64,000 bases of DNA from Malacoraja senta (taxonomy: Eukaryota): NCBI GenBank assembly GCA_038087875.1, contig CM075995.1:11162001-11226000 (forward strand), read 5' to 3'. The notes under the pieces were generated by a model. The model worked only from the letters and a program-made list of their open reading frames with translations. It was not told the DNA's origin and made no database searches. This document shows, in pieces, positions 1 through 41,470 of the stretch (the stretch's first letter is position 1; the number at the start of each line of letters is the position of its first letter). The position numbers and the translations under genes were made by a program.

Positions 1-236
1 GTCACGTTCAGACACATCCCAGACCCTGGCACCAGGGAGGCAAACTACCATCCGGGTCTCCTGACTGCGTCCACAGAATCGCCTATCTGACCCCCTAACT
101 ATACAGTCCCCTATTACTATTGCCCTCCTCTTCTCTTCCCTACCCTTCTGAGCAACAGGGCCGGTCTCTGTGCCGAAGGTCCCAGGTAGGCTGTCCACCC
201 CAACCGTACTCAAACAGGAGTACTTTATTTCCAAGG
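1..236 (-). mobile_element. CR1 LINE ORF1 (esterase) fragment
   Basis: Closely similar to 22186-22440 of the full-length CR1. Confidence 0.85.
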
Positions 237-436
237 NNNNNNNNNNNNNNNNNNNNNNNNNNNNNNNNNNNNNNNNNNNNNNNNNNNNNNNNNNNNNNNN
301 NNNNNNNNNNNNNNNNNNNNNNNNNNNNNNNNNNNNNNNNNNNNNNNNNNNNNNNNNNNNNNNNNNNNNNNNNNNNNNNNNNNNNNNNNNNNNNNNNNNN
401 NNNNNNNNNNNNNNNNNNNNNNNNNNNNNNNNNNNN
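237..436. other. Assembly gap (200 N)
   Basis: Run of N. Confidence 1.
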
Positions 437-1672
437 TTGATAGAATTTAATACTGAAATGTGTGAGGTGTTGCATTTTGTGATGTCTAACAAAGGCAGGA
501 CCTACACAGTGAATGGTTGGCCTCTGGGTAATGTTATAGAGCAGAGGGATCTAGGAGTACAGGTGCATGATTCCTTGAAGGTCGAGTTGCAGGTAGATAA
601 GGTGGTCAAAAAGGCTTTTGGCACTTTGGCCTTCATCAGACAGAATATTGAGTATAGAAGTTGAGAGGTCATGTTGCAGTTGTGTAAGACATCGGTGAGA
701 CCGCATTTAGAATATTGTGTTCAGTTCTGGGCACCATGATATTGTCAAGCTTGAAAGGGTTCAGAAAAGAATTACGAGGATGTTGCCAGGACCAGAGGGT
801 ATGAGCTATCGGGACAGCTTGAGTAGGCTGGATCTTTTTCCCATGAAGTGCAGGAGGATGAGGGGAGATCTTATAGAGGATTTCAAAATCATGGGATGAA
901 TAGATTGGGTCGATGCACAGAGAAGGTGAATCGAGGACCAGATGACATAGGTTCAAGGTGAAGGGGAAAAGATTTAATAGTCATCCGAGGGGTAACTTTT
1001 TCAACCAAAGGGTGATGGGTATAAGGAACAAGCTGTCAGAGGAGGTAGTTGAGGCAGGGACTATCCCATTGTTAAAGAAACAGTTAGACAGGAACATGAT
1101 TGATCCTTGGGATGGCGAGACTGTCATATGAGGAAAGATTGAAAGGACTAGGATTGCATTCACTGGAGTTTAGAAGGATGAGGGGGCATCTTATAAAAAC
1201 ATATAAAGTTATAAAAGGACTGGACAAGCTAGATGCAGGAAATATGTTCCTAATGTTGGGTGAGTCCAGAACCAGGGACCACAGTCTTAGAATAAAGGGG
1301 AGGTCATTTAAGACTGAGGTGAGAAAGTTGTGAATTTGTGGAATTCCCTGCCACAGAGGCCAGTGGAGGCCAAATCACTGGATGGATTTAAGAGAGAGTT
1401 AGATAGAGCTCTAGGGGCTAGAGGAATCAAGGGATATGGGGAGAAGGCAGGCACGGGTTATTGATTGGGGACGATCAGCCATGATCACAATGAATGGCAG
1501 TGCTGTCTCGAAGGGCTGAATGGCCTCCTCCTGCACCGATTTTCTATGTTTCTATGGATAGGACAGGTTTGGAGGGATATGGACCAGGCAAGTGGGACTA
1601 GTGCAGCTGGGACATATTGGCTGGTGTGGGCGAGTTGGGCCGAAGGGCCTGTTTCCACACTGTATCACTCTG
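437..1672 (+). mobile_element. Mosaic of CR1 LINE 3' fragments
   Basis: RT C-terminal motifs (EQRDLGV, LERVQKRITRMLPG, RGHLIKTYK) and CR1 3' tails. Confidence 0.85.
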
Positions 1673-1720
1673 TACCACAATTGCACGCGTTACTCCAAAG
1701 TTTCATACAGTTGCAACATG

Positions 1721-4700
1721 ATAGACAATAGACAATAGGTGCAGGAGTAGGCCATTCGGCCCTTCGAGACAGCACCACTATTCAATGTGATCATGGCTGA
1801 TCATCCCCAATCAGTACCCCGTTCCTGCCTTCTCCCCATATCCCCTGACTCCGCTATCTTTAAGAGCCCTATCTAGCTCTCTCTTGAAAGCATCCAGAGA
1901 ACCTGCCTCCATCGCCCTCTGAGGCAGAGAATTCATCGTCTCCGTTCTAAATGGCTTACTCCTTATTCTTAAACTGTGGCCCCTGGTTCTGGACTCCACC
2001 AACATCGGGAACATGTTTCCTGCCTCTAGCGTGTCCAAACCCTTAACAATCTTATATGTTTCAATGAGATATCCTCTCATCCTTCTAAACTCCAGAGTGT
2101 ACAAGCCCAGCTGCTCCATTCTCTCAGCATATGACAGTCCCGCCATCCCGGGAATTATCCTTGTAAACCTATGCTGCACTCCCTCAATAGCAAGAATGTC
2201 CTTCCTCAAATTAGGGGACCAAAACTGCACACAATATTCCAGGTGTGGTCTAGGGCTCTGTACAACTGCAGAAGGACCTCTTTGCTCCTATAATTTGATT
2301 CCTCTTGTTATAAAGGCCAACAGGTCATTCGCTTTCTTCACTGCCTGCTGTACCTGCATGCTTACTTTCATAGACTGATGTACAAGGACCTCCAGATCCC
2401 GTTGTACTTCCCCTTTTCCCAACTTGACGCTATTTAGATAGTAATCTGCCTTCCTGTTTTTGCTACCAAAGTGGATAACCTCACATTTTCCTCATTAAAC
2501 TTCCTGACAGCGCCATCCAGCTAACGGGGCGGCATTTACTCCGAGCGGACAGGACAATTGACTCCGGTAAGACCAGAGGTGGAGGTCTGTGCATTTATGT
2601 AAACAAAGCATGGTGCACGGACACCACCATCATCGAGAGTCACTGCTCAGCTAACCTAGAGTTCCTCTTGGTTAGATGCAGACCGTTCTATCTGCCCAGA
2701 GAGTTTACCTCCACTGTTGTGACTGCAGCCTATATTCCTCCTGATGCTAATGCCAAGCTTGCAATGAAAGATCTGCATTCTGCCATTAGCAAACAACAGA
2801 CTCACAACCCCGAGGCAGCCTTCATTGTTGCGGGTGACTTCAATCACTCCAACCTGAAGACTGTACTCCCCAAATTCCACCAACATGTCTCCTTCGCCAC
2901 TAGAGAAGGCAAGACACTGGACAAAGTCTACACCAACATGGCTGAAGCTTACAAAGCCGTCCCCCTCCCCCACCTTGGACAGTCTGATCACCTCTCACTG
3001 TTCCTGCTCCCAAAGTACTCCCCACTCATCAGACGGGTTAAACCCACTGTGAGGACAGTTAAAGTCTGGTCAGAGGATGCGGACTCCACACTTCAGCAGT
3101 GTTTTGGAAACACTGACTGGAAGGCGTTTGCAGCCCAGGCCACCCTTGACTCCCACACGGACATTGACTCCTATACATCATCTGTTCTGGACTTTATAAA
3201 CTCCACCATCAACAGCGTCACCTCCCTCAAACAGGTGACCATATTCCCGAATCAGAAGCCATGGATGAACAGCGAGGTCAGGCTACTGCTGAAAGCACGG
3301 GACACCGCTTTCAGGTCAGGCGATGCCCGAGCCTATAGTTCATCCAGGGCTAACCTGAAGAAGGGCATAAAGAAGGCCAAGCACTGCCATAAACTCAGGA
3401 TTGAGGAGCACTTCAACAACAACTCCGACCCCCGACGCATGTGGCAAGGCATCCAGGCCATCACGGACTTTAGACCCACCAACACCACCCCCACATCCAG
3501 TAACGCCTCCTTCCTTGAGGAGCTCAACCACTTCTATGGCCGTTTCGATAGGGACAATCGGCAGTTGGCCATCAAGGCGGTGCTCCCTGCCGATCACCAG
3601 CCCCTCTCACTCACCCCCTTCGACGTGTACGTGGCACTGAGTAGGACTAATGCACGTAAGGCTGCTGGCCCCGACGGCATCCCCGGGCGCGTCCTCAGGG
3701 CCTGTGCTGCGCAGCTGACAGACGTCTGGACTGACATCTTCAACCTGTCACTTGCCCAAGCAGTTGTGCCCACGTGCCTTAAATCCACCTCCATCGTGCC
3801 GGTGCCAAAACACTCCACTGCGGCAAGCCTCAACGACTTCCGCCCAGTTGCACTTACTCCCATCATCGCCAAGTGCTTCGAGAGGCTGGTCCTGGCACAC
3901 CTCAAAGGCTGCCTACCCCCCACGTTGGATCCCTATCAGTTTGCCTACCGCAAGAACAGGAGTACGGAGGATGCCATCTCAACGGCACTTCACTCCGCCC
4001 TCTCCCACCTCGACAACAGAGACACTTACGTAAGAATGCTGTTCATCGATTACAGCTCAGCATTCAACACCATCATACCCTCTAAACTGATCACCAAACT
4101 CGGTGACCTGGGCATCGACCCCTCCCTCTGCAACTGGATACTGGACTTTCTAACCAACAGACCCCAGTCTGTTAGGTTAGACAAGCACACCTCTTCAACC
4201 CTCACCCTGAACACCGGCGTTCCACAGGGCTGTGTGCTGAGCCCCCTCCTCTACTCCCTCTTCACCTACGACTGCACACCTGTACATGGTACTAACACCA
4301 TCATCAAGTATGCAGATGATACAACGGTGATTGGCCTCATCAGCAACAACGATGAGTCGGCCTATAGGGAGGAGGTCCAGCTCCTAGCAGCATGGTGCGC
4401 TGACAACAACCTGGCCCTTAACTCCAAGAAGACCAAGGAGCTCATTGTAGACTTCAGGAAGTCTAGGGGCGGCATGCACACCCCCATCCACATTAACGGG
4501 AGGGAGGTGGAACGTGTTTCCAGCTTCAGGTTCCTGGGGGTCAACATCTCCGATGACCTCTCTTGGACCAACAATACCTCAACTCTGGTCAAGAAGGCTC
4601 ACCAGCGTCTCTTCTTCCTGAGGAGACTAAAGAAGGTCCATCTGTCTCCTCGGATTCTGGTGAACTTCTACCATCGAGAGCATCCTTACCAACTGCATCA

Positions 4701-6348
4701 CAGTATGGTATGGCAACTGCTCTGTCTCCGACCGGAAAGCACTGCAGAGGGTGGTGAAAATTGCCCAACGCATCACCGGTTCCTCACTCCCCACCATTGA
4801 GTCTGTCCAAAGCAAGCGTTGTCTGCGAAGGGCGCTCAGCATCGCCAAGGACTGCTCTCACCCCAACCACAGACTGTTTACCCTCCTACCATCCGGGAGG
4901 CGCTACAGGTCTCTCCGTTGCCGGACCAGCAGGTCCAGGAACAGCTTCTTCCCTGCGGCGGTTACACTACTCAACACTGTACCTCGGTGACTGCCAATCA
5001 CACCCCCCCCCCCCCGGACACTCCTCCCACCAGGATTTATTAGATTACATTTATTTATTTACTGCTCATATTTATGTCGCTCTTCTAGGGAGATGCTAAC
5101 TGCATTTCGTTGTCTCTGTACTGTACACTGCACAATGACAATAAAGTTGAATCTGAATCTGAATCTGAATCTGAATCTGCCATGCATCTGCCCACTCCCC
5201 CAACCTGTCCAAGTCACCCTGCATTCTCATAGCATCCTCCTCACAGTTCACACTGCCACCCAGATTTGTATCATCTGCAAATTTGCTAATGTTACGTTGA
5301 ATCCCTTCATCCAAATCATTGATGTATATTGTAAATTGCTGCGGTCCCAGCACCGAGCCTTGCGGTACCCCACTAGTCACTACCTGCCATTCTGAAAGGG
5401 ACCCGTTAATCCTTACTCTTTGTTTCCTGTCTGCCAACCACTTCTCTATCCTTGTCAGCACTCTACCCCGAATACCATGTGACCTAATTTTGCCCATTAA
5501 TCTCCTATGCGGGACCTTATCAAATGCTTTCTGAAAGTCCAGGTACACTACATCCACTGGCTCTCCCTTGTCCATTTTCATAGTTACATCTTCAAAAATT
5601 TCCAGAAGATTAGTCAAGCATGATTTCCCCTTCGTAAATCCATGCTGACGCAGACCGATCCTGTTACTGCTATCCAAATGTTCGGCTATCTCATCTTTTA
5701 TAATTGACTCCAGCATCTTCCCCACCACCGATGTCAGGCTAACTGGTCTATAATTCCCTGTTTTCTCTCCCGCCTTCTTAAAAGGTGGCATAACATTAGC
5801 TACCCTCCAATCCACAGGAACTGATCCTGAGTCTATAGAACATTGGAAAATTATCACCAATGCATCCACGATTTCCAGAGCTACTTCCTTAAGTACCCTG
5901 GGATGCAGACCGTCAGGTCCTGGGGATTTATCAGCCTTCAGTCCCATCAGTCTATCCAACACCATTTCCTGCCTAATGTGGATTTCCTTCAGTTCCTCCG
6001 TCACCCCAGATCCTCTGTACACTGCTATATCAGGAAGATTGTTTGTGTCCTCCCTAGTGAAGACAGATCCAAAGTACCTGTTCAACTCATCTGCCATTTC
6101 CTTGTTCCTATAATACATTCACCTTTTTTGGTCTTCAAGGGTCCAACTTTGGTCTTAACTAATTTTTTCCTCATCACATACCTAAAGAAGCTTTTACTAT
6201 CCTGCTTTATATTCTTGGCTAGCTTACCTTCGTACCTCATCTTTTCTTCCCATATTGTCTTTTCGGTTATCTTCTGTTGTTCTTTAAACATTATCCAATC
6301 CTCCTGCTTCCCGCTCATCTTTGCTACGTTGTACTTCGCTTTGATTTC
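1721..6348 (-). mobile_element. CR1 LINE, 5'-truncated, split by the Rex1-like insertion (1721..2502 and about 5175..6348)
   Basis: ORFs 5096..6118 ([38 protein letters not shown]) and 1811..2230; the two parts rejoin as ...aaacttc|atctgccatg... Confidence 0.9.
2503..5178 (+). mobile_element. Rex1/Babar-like non-LTR retrotransposon (APE C-terminal part + RT), 5'-truncated, frameshift near 4670
   Basis: ORF 2668..4800 with [32 protein letters not shown]-terminus continues in ORF 4751..4990; AATAAA then (TGAATC)n tail at about 5148-5178. Confidence 0.88.
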
Positions 6349-6950
6349 TTGACTCTTACTCAATGCTGTGGAGGAAGGAACTGAAGATGCTGGTTTAAAC
6401 CGTAGATAGACACAAAAAGCTGGAGTAACTCTTCAGAAGGGTCTCGAACCGAAAGATCACCAGTTCCTTCTCTACAGAGATGCTGCTTGTCCCGCGGAGT
6501 TACTCCAGCTTTTTGTGTCCATCTTACTCAATGCTTGTAAGTTTGAAAGAGGGTGTGGGTGAGTTGAGAGTGGAGTGTGTGCAGATAGTCAGCATGTGTT
6601 CAGGTAGTGCAGGGCTTCCTGCCCTGCCCCTCCCCATGGCTCCACATCCCCTGGCTGGCCTCCAGCTTGTAACAGTATCTCCCCCACACCTTAGTCAGTG
6701 GGAGAACAGTTGGCCCGCTGTGCTGAGATTCTCCAGCGCACATTGCTGCGGTGCCGTGGCTGGCAGCCAAGCACAGCGTGAGGCCAGGAGTCCTGGCAAC
6801 GTCCCCTGTTCCCAGCCAGCTGCCACAGTGGACACACTCCCAGGGTCAAAAAGAGAAGCTCCCTCTACATCCCATCCCCATCACACACTCTTGGGGTCAG
6901 ACACAGAGTGGCGCCCCCTCTACACGCCCCCCTCCCCCCCATCACACACT

Positions 6951-7190
6951 GGCCTACGTCCGTGCCCGCGTGTCCCTGGAGAGGGAACACGCTGTGTCCA
7001 CGGGGACTTTGGAGGCCTTTAGTGAGCGCTGCTCCCCGCGGGAGGTCGAGTGTATTGTTGTTAAAGTTGTCGGTATATTAATCTGATGACTGTTTGTTTG
7101 TAAACTGTCAACATAGGCAGCCTTTGATCGTGTTAATACTCTATGTTTATTTTTGATTGATGAATAAAAGTATTTGTATATTAAAAAAAA
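6951..7190 (+). mobile_element. Tx1-like LINE 3' end with poly(A)
   Basis: AYVRARVSLEREHAVSTGTLEAF..ILI* then AATAAA and A8; similar to 61729..62000; family assigned from motif recall. Confidence 0.6.
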
Positions 7191-8364
7191 GGGGTCAGAC
7201 ACAGGTTAGTGCTCCCTCCGCCTGGTGTCTGCGACGTGGCTGCTGCTACTTTACAACATGTGGCCAACATCTGTACTTGCACTCGGTGAGTGAGGGAATA
7301 CTTGGCACTGGTGCTTGTGTTCCAGATGCCTATGGAGTTGGCAACGGTTGAGGTACATGGCAGGGGGGGGTCCCCCTCTGCTGTGCCTGTAACTGTGTGT
7401 GTCCCCCCCCCCCCCCCCCCAGACTATCTGAGCTGCTGCAGGGTCTGTTGTCTGACTGCTGTTAGCGTTGCAATGCCTGAAACATACAGTCGGACGCTAG
7501 TCTGCTGAGGGAGGTGGGGGAACATCGTCCCGCCCCGAATCATCGCACTGGCTACGGGAAAGAGGCCCTTGGCCTCTGTTCTACCGTGACAGGGGGATGA
7601 AGCTCCACCATTACCCCCCTCCCCACCCGTCAGTTCCACTCTGCTACCGTTCAGCTCCTCACCCTCCCCCCCACCCTCAACTCCCCCTCCCCTCCGCTCC
7701 CCTTCATCCCCCCTCCCCTCCCCACCACTCAGATCCCTTCCCCTCAGTTCCCCACCGCCCCCCACCCTTCCCATCTGCCCCCGTCACCTCTGCTCTCTCC
7801 CAACCCTCACCTCCCCTCCCCTCCGCTCCCACCCCTACCCTCTGCTCTCCATCCTCCCCCACCCTTCCAGTCCACTCCTCACCCAACCCCTCCGTTCCAC
7901 TCCCCATCCCTCAACTTCCCTCAGCAGTCCACCAGTCCCCTCCACCTCCCACCCCGCTCCCCACCTTCTCCTCCTCCTCTCCCTTATCACCACCAGTGCC
8001 TCTCGTGTCACCGCTGCCTCTTGCAAGGTCACCTCGGCCTTGCTGATAATGGAGCAGCCTCTGTGAGCAGGGAACTGGTTTCACCTTAAGTCAATTTCAG
8101 TCGAGTCCAGACTAGTCAGGTTAATCTACAGCAGCGCGGCGAGGTGTAGCTGCACGCAAACACTGCTTGCACAGACAACACACAGAGACAGAAACTCTAC
8201 ACTCCACAAGCCAGTAAAAAGAAAAACATTTGACAAAAGAACAAGATGTCAGTGTGAGGCACAAAACCACAAAGAAGGCCATGGCAGGGTCGGAGGTATC
8301 TGTCCAGCTCCGTTACCCAGCTGGGATTAGTGTAGTGCAGAACATAAAGGGCTGGAGTAACACA

Positions 8365-8492
8365 GGGCAGCACGGTGGTGCAGCAGCTAGAACTGCTGCC
8401 TCATGGCTCCAGGGACCTGGGTTTGAACAAGACGAGTGCTGTCTGCTTGCAAATTGCATGTTCTCCCTGTGACGGCATGGGATTTCTCCGGG
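8365..8492 (+). mobile_element. tRNA-derived SINE 5' part (V-SINE/HE1-like)
   Basis: A/B-box-like head GGTGGTGCAGC...GGGTTTGAAC, then TTGCATGTTCTCCCTGTGAC; related copies on - at 34400-34625 and 35700-35995. Confidence 0.6.
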
Positions 8493-8646
8493 AGATGAGA
8501 GGAGGGGCTGGGGGATGGGGATGGGAGACGAGGGGGAGGGGGTGTCGGGGATGGGTGAGGGTGGGGGTGGGGGTGTCGGGGATGGGAGACGAGGGGGGTG
8601 GAGTGTATGCTAAGGAGCTCCTGTCTCTCTCCCCAACCCACGGCAG

Positions 8647-37039
<28,393 letters not shown>

Positions 37040-37406
37040 TTCCTCACTCAGGACAAGCCCAGAGAGCTGGCACCAGCAACATCTGGTGTCAATGGGCATC
37101 AGGGCTGGTAATCGTTATCGATGTCCCCAGTAGACAACTGGGTCGGATGGCTTTATCTTTATTTTGGCGGGGGGGGGGGGGGAGGGGAGGAGGGTGCATT
37201 CAAGATTAATGGAGACAGTGAGAGTCTGTGCAATTTCAAAGCTGTATCAGTGCAATAGCAGGGGTCAGAGGCTATGTCTCTCTGCCCTCTGACCCATGTC
37301 ACCTCGTGCGGCACCCGAGTCCTGGCAGAGGTTTTGCACCCACTTCGCCAACCCTACCCCCCCCCCCCCCCCCCGCCTGACCTGAATCTGCCACCGTGGT
37401 GCTGCT

Positions 37407-37412
37407 AATAAA
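37407..37412 (+). terminator. Probable GPT polyadenylation signal
   Basis: First AATAAA seen after the stop, about 370 nt downstream, followed by GT-containing sequence and then repeats. Confidence 0.55.
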
Positions 37413-38115
37413 TGAACGGATGTTAAGAGATTACGTGTCAGTGGAAGTATGTTTGATAAAACGCGAAGAGGGACAATAGAGCAAAGCAGAACAGCACAGG
37501 AACTGGCCTTTCGGCCCACAATGTCCTTGCCGGACGTGATGCAATGTTTAAACAATCTCCTCTGCCTGAATGTGATCCTTCCATTGCCTGCATATCCATG
37601 AACATATCTGAAAGTCTCTGAAATCCCACTATCATATCTTCCTCCACTGCCACCCTTGACAGCATATTTTAGAATCCCACCGATGTGTTTTAATTAAAAA
37701 ACCTCACCTTGAAGCTATACCCTCCAGTCTTTGACATTTCCTCCCTGGGGAAAAGGTTCTGGCTTGAAGGCTCTCTGGTCAAGTTTGCAGCTGATACGAA
37801 GATAAGTGGAGGGCCAGGCAGTGCAGAAAAAGCACAAGGACTTGGACATGTTGGCAGAGAGGGTTCAGAGATGGAATACAATGTAGCAAAGTGGAGAGTC
37901 ATGCATTTTGGTAATAGGAATAAAGGTTCAGACTATTTTCTAAATAGAGAGACTTCAGAGGTACAAAGGGTCCTGCACCAGCATGTGCACCAACCAGATT
38001 TAGGGCCTAAAACTGTTCACTATACTTCAAATGCAGTCTGACCAGTGCCTTATAAAGCCTCAGCATTACATCCCCGTTTTTGTATTCTAGTGCTCTCGAA
38101 ATAAACACCAGCATC

Positions 38116-38201
38116 GTGTTTGCCTTCCTTACTACTGATTTGACTTGAAAATTACCTTTTTGTAATTTTCAAGTCAAATCAGTAGCAAGGAAGGCAAACA
38201 C
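38116..38201. repeat. Near-perfect inverted repeat (40-bp arms, 6-nt loop)
   Basis: 38116-38155 against 38162-38201, one mismatch. Confidence 0.95.
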
Positions 38202-38796
38202 TTTTTTCACATAATGTGGTGGATGTATGGAACAAGCTGCCAGAGGTAGTTGAGGCAGGGACTATCCCAACATTTAAGAAGCAGTTAGACAGGTACATGG
38301 ATAGGAAAAGTTTGCAGGGATATGGACCAAATGCTGGCAGATGGGACTAATGTAGCTGGGACATGTTTGCAGAAGGGCCTGTTCCCAAACTGTATCACTC
38401 CAATGATTGAATGGAGTAGACATGATGGGCCGAATAGCCTAATTCTGCTCCAGACTTATAAACATGAAATTCAAGCAACCATTCCTCAGCCCACCTGCCC
38501 AACCAATCAAAATACTGCTGCAATTTCTGGCAACCGAGGAGGTGGTTGATTGACTGATGGGTAGAAATAGTGAGAAATGCTGGAGTTGAGGAGACCAAAT
38601 GGTGTCAGATGAGTGAAATGTAAAGCCAGAGGGAGGTACATGGGAGGAAGCAGATGGGGGAGAGGGTAAAACAGAAATGTGTTACTCCGAGATGGGAAAT
38701 TAGAGATGAGTGCAGGGACAGAGACAGAAGCAGGCTGACCGAGTAGCTGGAAGAAAGATGCGCACTGCAGTTGGGGGGGGGGGGAGAAGAGAGGGG

Positions 38797-39323
38797 AATA
38801 GAAACATAGAAAACAGGTGCAGGAGTAGGCCATTCGGCCCTTCGAGCCTGCACCGCCATTCAATATGATCATGGCTGATCATCCAACTCAGTATCCCATA
38901 CCTGCCTTCTCTCCATACCCCCTGATCCCCTTAGCCACAAGGGCCACAACTCCCTCTTAAGTATAGCCAATGAACTGGCCTCAACTACCCTCTGTGGCAG
39001 AGAGTTCCAGAGATTCACCACTCTCTGTGTGAAAAAGTTTTTCCTCATCTCGGTCTTAAAGGATTTCCCCCTTATCCTTAAGCTGTGACCCCTAGTCCTG
39101 GACTTCCCCAACATCGGGAACAATCTTCCTGCATCTAGCCTGTCCAACCCCATAAGAATGTTGTACGTTTCTATAAGATCCCCTCTCAATCTCCTAAATT
39201 CTAGCGAGTATAAGCCAAGTCTGTCCAGTCTTTCTTCATATGAAAGTCCTGACATCCCAGGAATTAGTCTGGTGAACCTTCTCTGCACTCCCTCTATGGC
39301 TATAATGTCCTTCCTCAGATTGG
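38797..39323 (-). mobile_element. CR1 3' fragment
   Basis: ORF 38869..39384; tail (TTCTATGT)n. Confidence 0.85.
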
Positions 39324-40261
39324 GAGTGGATTCTTTTAAATTGGAGAATTCTGTGCCCATACTGTTTGGTTGTAAGCCGCTCAAGCAAATTATGAGCCCA
39401 AGCAGGATATGAGATGCTGTTCCTCCAGTTTGTATGTGGCTTCACTCCAGCAACCTGTGGCATGTCCAAGCTGTTTTCTTTGCCGTGAACCACCCGTGTC
39501 CGAGATGGGTCCCAATCTCGTGCAGCCGGTCGCTTCGGGACAAGGGAAGCAAATTCCGGATCACATTCTGGGAACCACGGCTGGAACATCTGCTTTAGGT
39601 TAGCCGGGTTCCAGCCTCCTACATTACCACTGCACTAGAATCTGGAGCCAACCTGCTGCAGGAAGCCGTGGGAGGGAGCGATTCATCCCTCGAGCTCAGT
39701 GTCGCAGCTCCAACCCCACGCACAGCCTCCCGTCCGTTAGGTCGTGGGCGGAGAGCAGCAGAATCTCTCCCACACCGAGGAACAACTCAAGGCAGGCTAC
39801 TGAAGACCAACACCCACTTGCCCAGCTGCTTCCAGGGTATTCAGCATCCAACAACAGCTCGCATTACAGCATTGTTACAACGCTGGGCAGGCACTTGGGA
39901 GAGTAAATTGGAAGTTGTTGTTCGGCAAGTCCACATCTGACATGTGGGACTTATTTAAAGGCCAGCTGATCAGAGTTCAGGACCGTCATGTTCCAGTAAG
40001 GAGGAGGGACAAGGACGGCAAGGTAAGGGAACTTTAGATAGACAGTAAGAACAAGGCAGCCTCTGTAAGGGTCAAAGGTGAAATCCAAGCCCTTGAGGAA
40101 TAAGTGAGTTTAGTATCTCGATTAACGCAATGAATCGTGGGATTTGTCAAAGGTCATTCGAGATTTTTAAAAAGCGCGGTATAAACTGAGTACATTTTCG
40201 GTCTGAGTTTTCAGCTTCTTTGAATCTTATATTCGTTATGGCTGACCCAAATTACGACAAT

Positions 40262-41428
40262 ATGACTCTGGATGGTTTTCTGCAATGGAAAAAGACGGGA
40301 TGAAAAGACAAACTCGCTGTTCTTGCTTATGCTGCATCGTACATGAAGAAGCATGTTGGCCTTCATAACAAGAGGAGTTGAGTATAGGAGCAAAGAGGTC
40401 CTTCTACAGTTGCACAGAGCCCTAGTGAGACCACGCCTGGACTATTGTGTGCAGTTTTGGTCCCCTAATTTGAGGAAGGACATTCTTGCTATTGAGGGAG
40501 TGCAGCGTACGTTTAATTCCCGGGATGGCGGGACTGTTATATGCTGAGAGAAAGGAGCGGCTGGCCTTGTATACTCTGGAATTTAGGATGAAAGGGAATC
40601 TTATTGAAACATATAAGATTATTAAGGGTTTGGACACACTAGAGACAGGAAACATGTTCCCGATGTTGGGGGAATCCAGAACCAGGAGCCACAGTTTAAG
40701 AATAAGGGGTAAGCCATTTAGAACGGAGATAAGGAAACACTTGTTCATACAGAGTTGTGAGTCTGTGGAATTCTCTGCCTCGGGTTCTGTGGATACTTTC
40801 AAGAGGGAGCTAGATAGGGCTCTTAAAGATAGTGGAGTCAGGGAATATGGAGAGAAGGCAAGAACGGGGTACTGATTGGGGATGATCAGCGGTGCTGGCT
40901 CGAAGGACCAAATGGCCTACTCCTGCACCTATGGTGCTACCAACTGCCGGTGAAGAAAAACGTTGTCACCTTGATTAATACAAGGGACTCTTGAAATGTG
41001 GGGAGAAAATTCTTCCCGATCCCAAGAGCGAACTGAAGGATGAGTGGCCTGCAGAATCGAAAGGACTAAACTGCGGGCCTCCTACATCTATCGTCGAGCT
41101 GTCCATATATCTGGCCAGTTATGATGAGGCTAACCAGCCAGCTACTTTACTGAAGTCTCACCTGCTTAGCGACTACCAAGAAGGCAAGGCCTATAGTTAT
41201 TTTGATGCAAGACTGTTGAAAGAAATCTTCTTTCATCCCATATCTGATGATTCGGCAATGTGTTTATTGAAAGCAGACTGTACACCTTCTGAAAGAGTAC
41301 GGCAAACCCCCACATGTCATGTGTGTGCATCGAGAAGTCATCTGGGATCTACATTTTACTTACACATGTACATGCAGAACTCAATCAGAAGTCAACAAAC
41401 GTGCATGCAGCCCGTGGCCGTGGACTAG
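40262..41428 (+). pseudogene. Degraded transposon accessory ORF resembling the N-terminus of SWIM/YqaJ-type proteins; interrupted by CR1 at 40349..40935
   Basis: MTLDGFLQWK..LAVLAYAASYMK / LPTAGEE..ILPDP..LLSDYQEGKAYSYF..EIFFHPISDDSAMCLLKADCTPSERV; family assigned from motif recall only. Confidence 0.55.
40349..40935 (+). mobile_element. CR1 3' fragment
   Basis: ORFs 40353..40547 and 40486..40875. Confidence 0.85.
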
Positions 41429-41470
41429 TAAGAGGTGAAAACCCCACAAATACTTTCCATATTATCTATT

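Noticed and set aside
6893..7204. GGGGTCAGACACAG as a 14-bp TSD
   Set aside because: The left copy is not adjacent to the element start; both copies are units of the host tandem repeat.
39400..39940. Unique-looking GC-rich segment as a possible exon
   Set aside because: No recognisable peptide or convincing splice-site pair; left unassigned.
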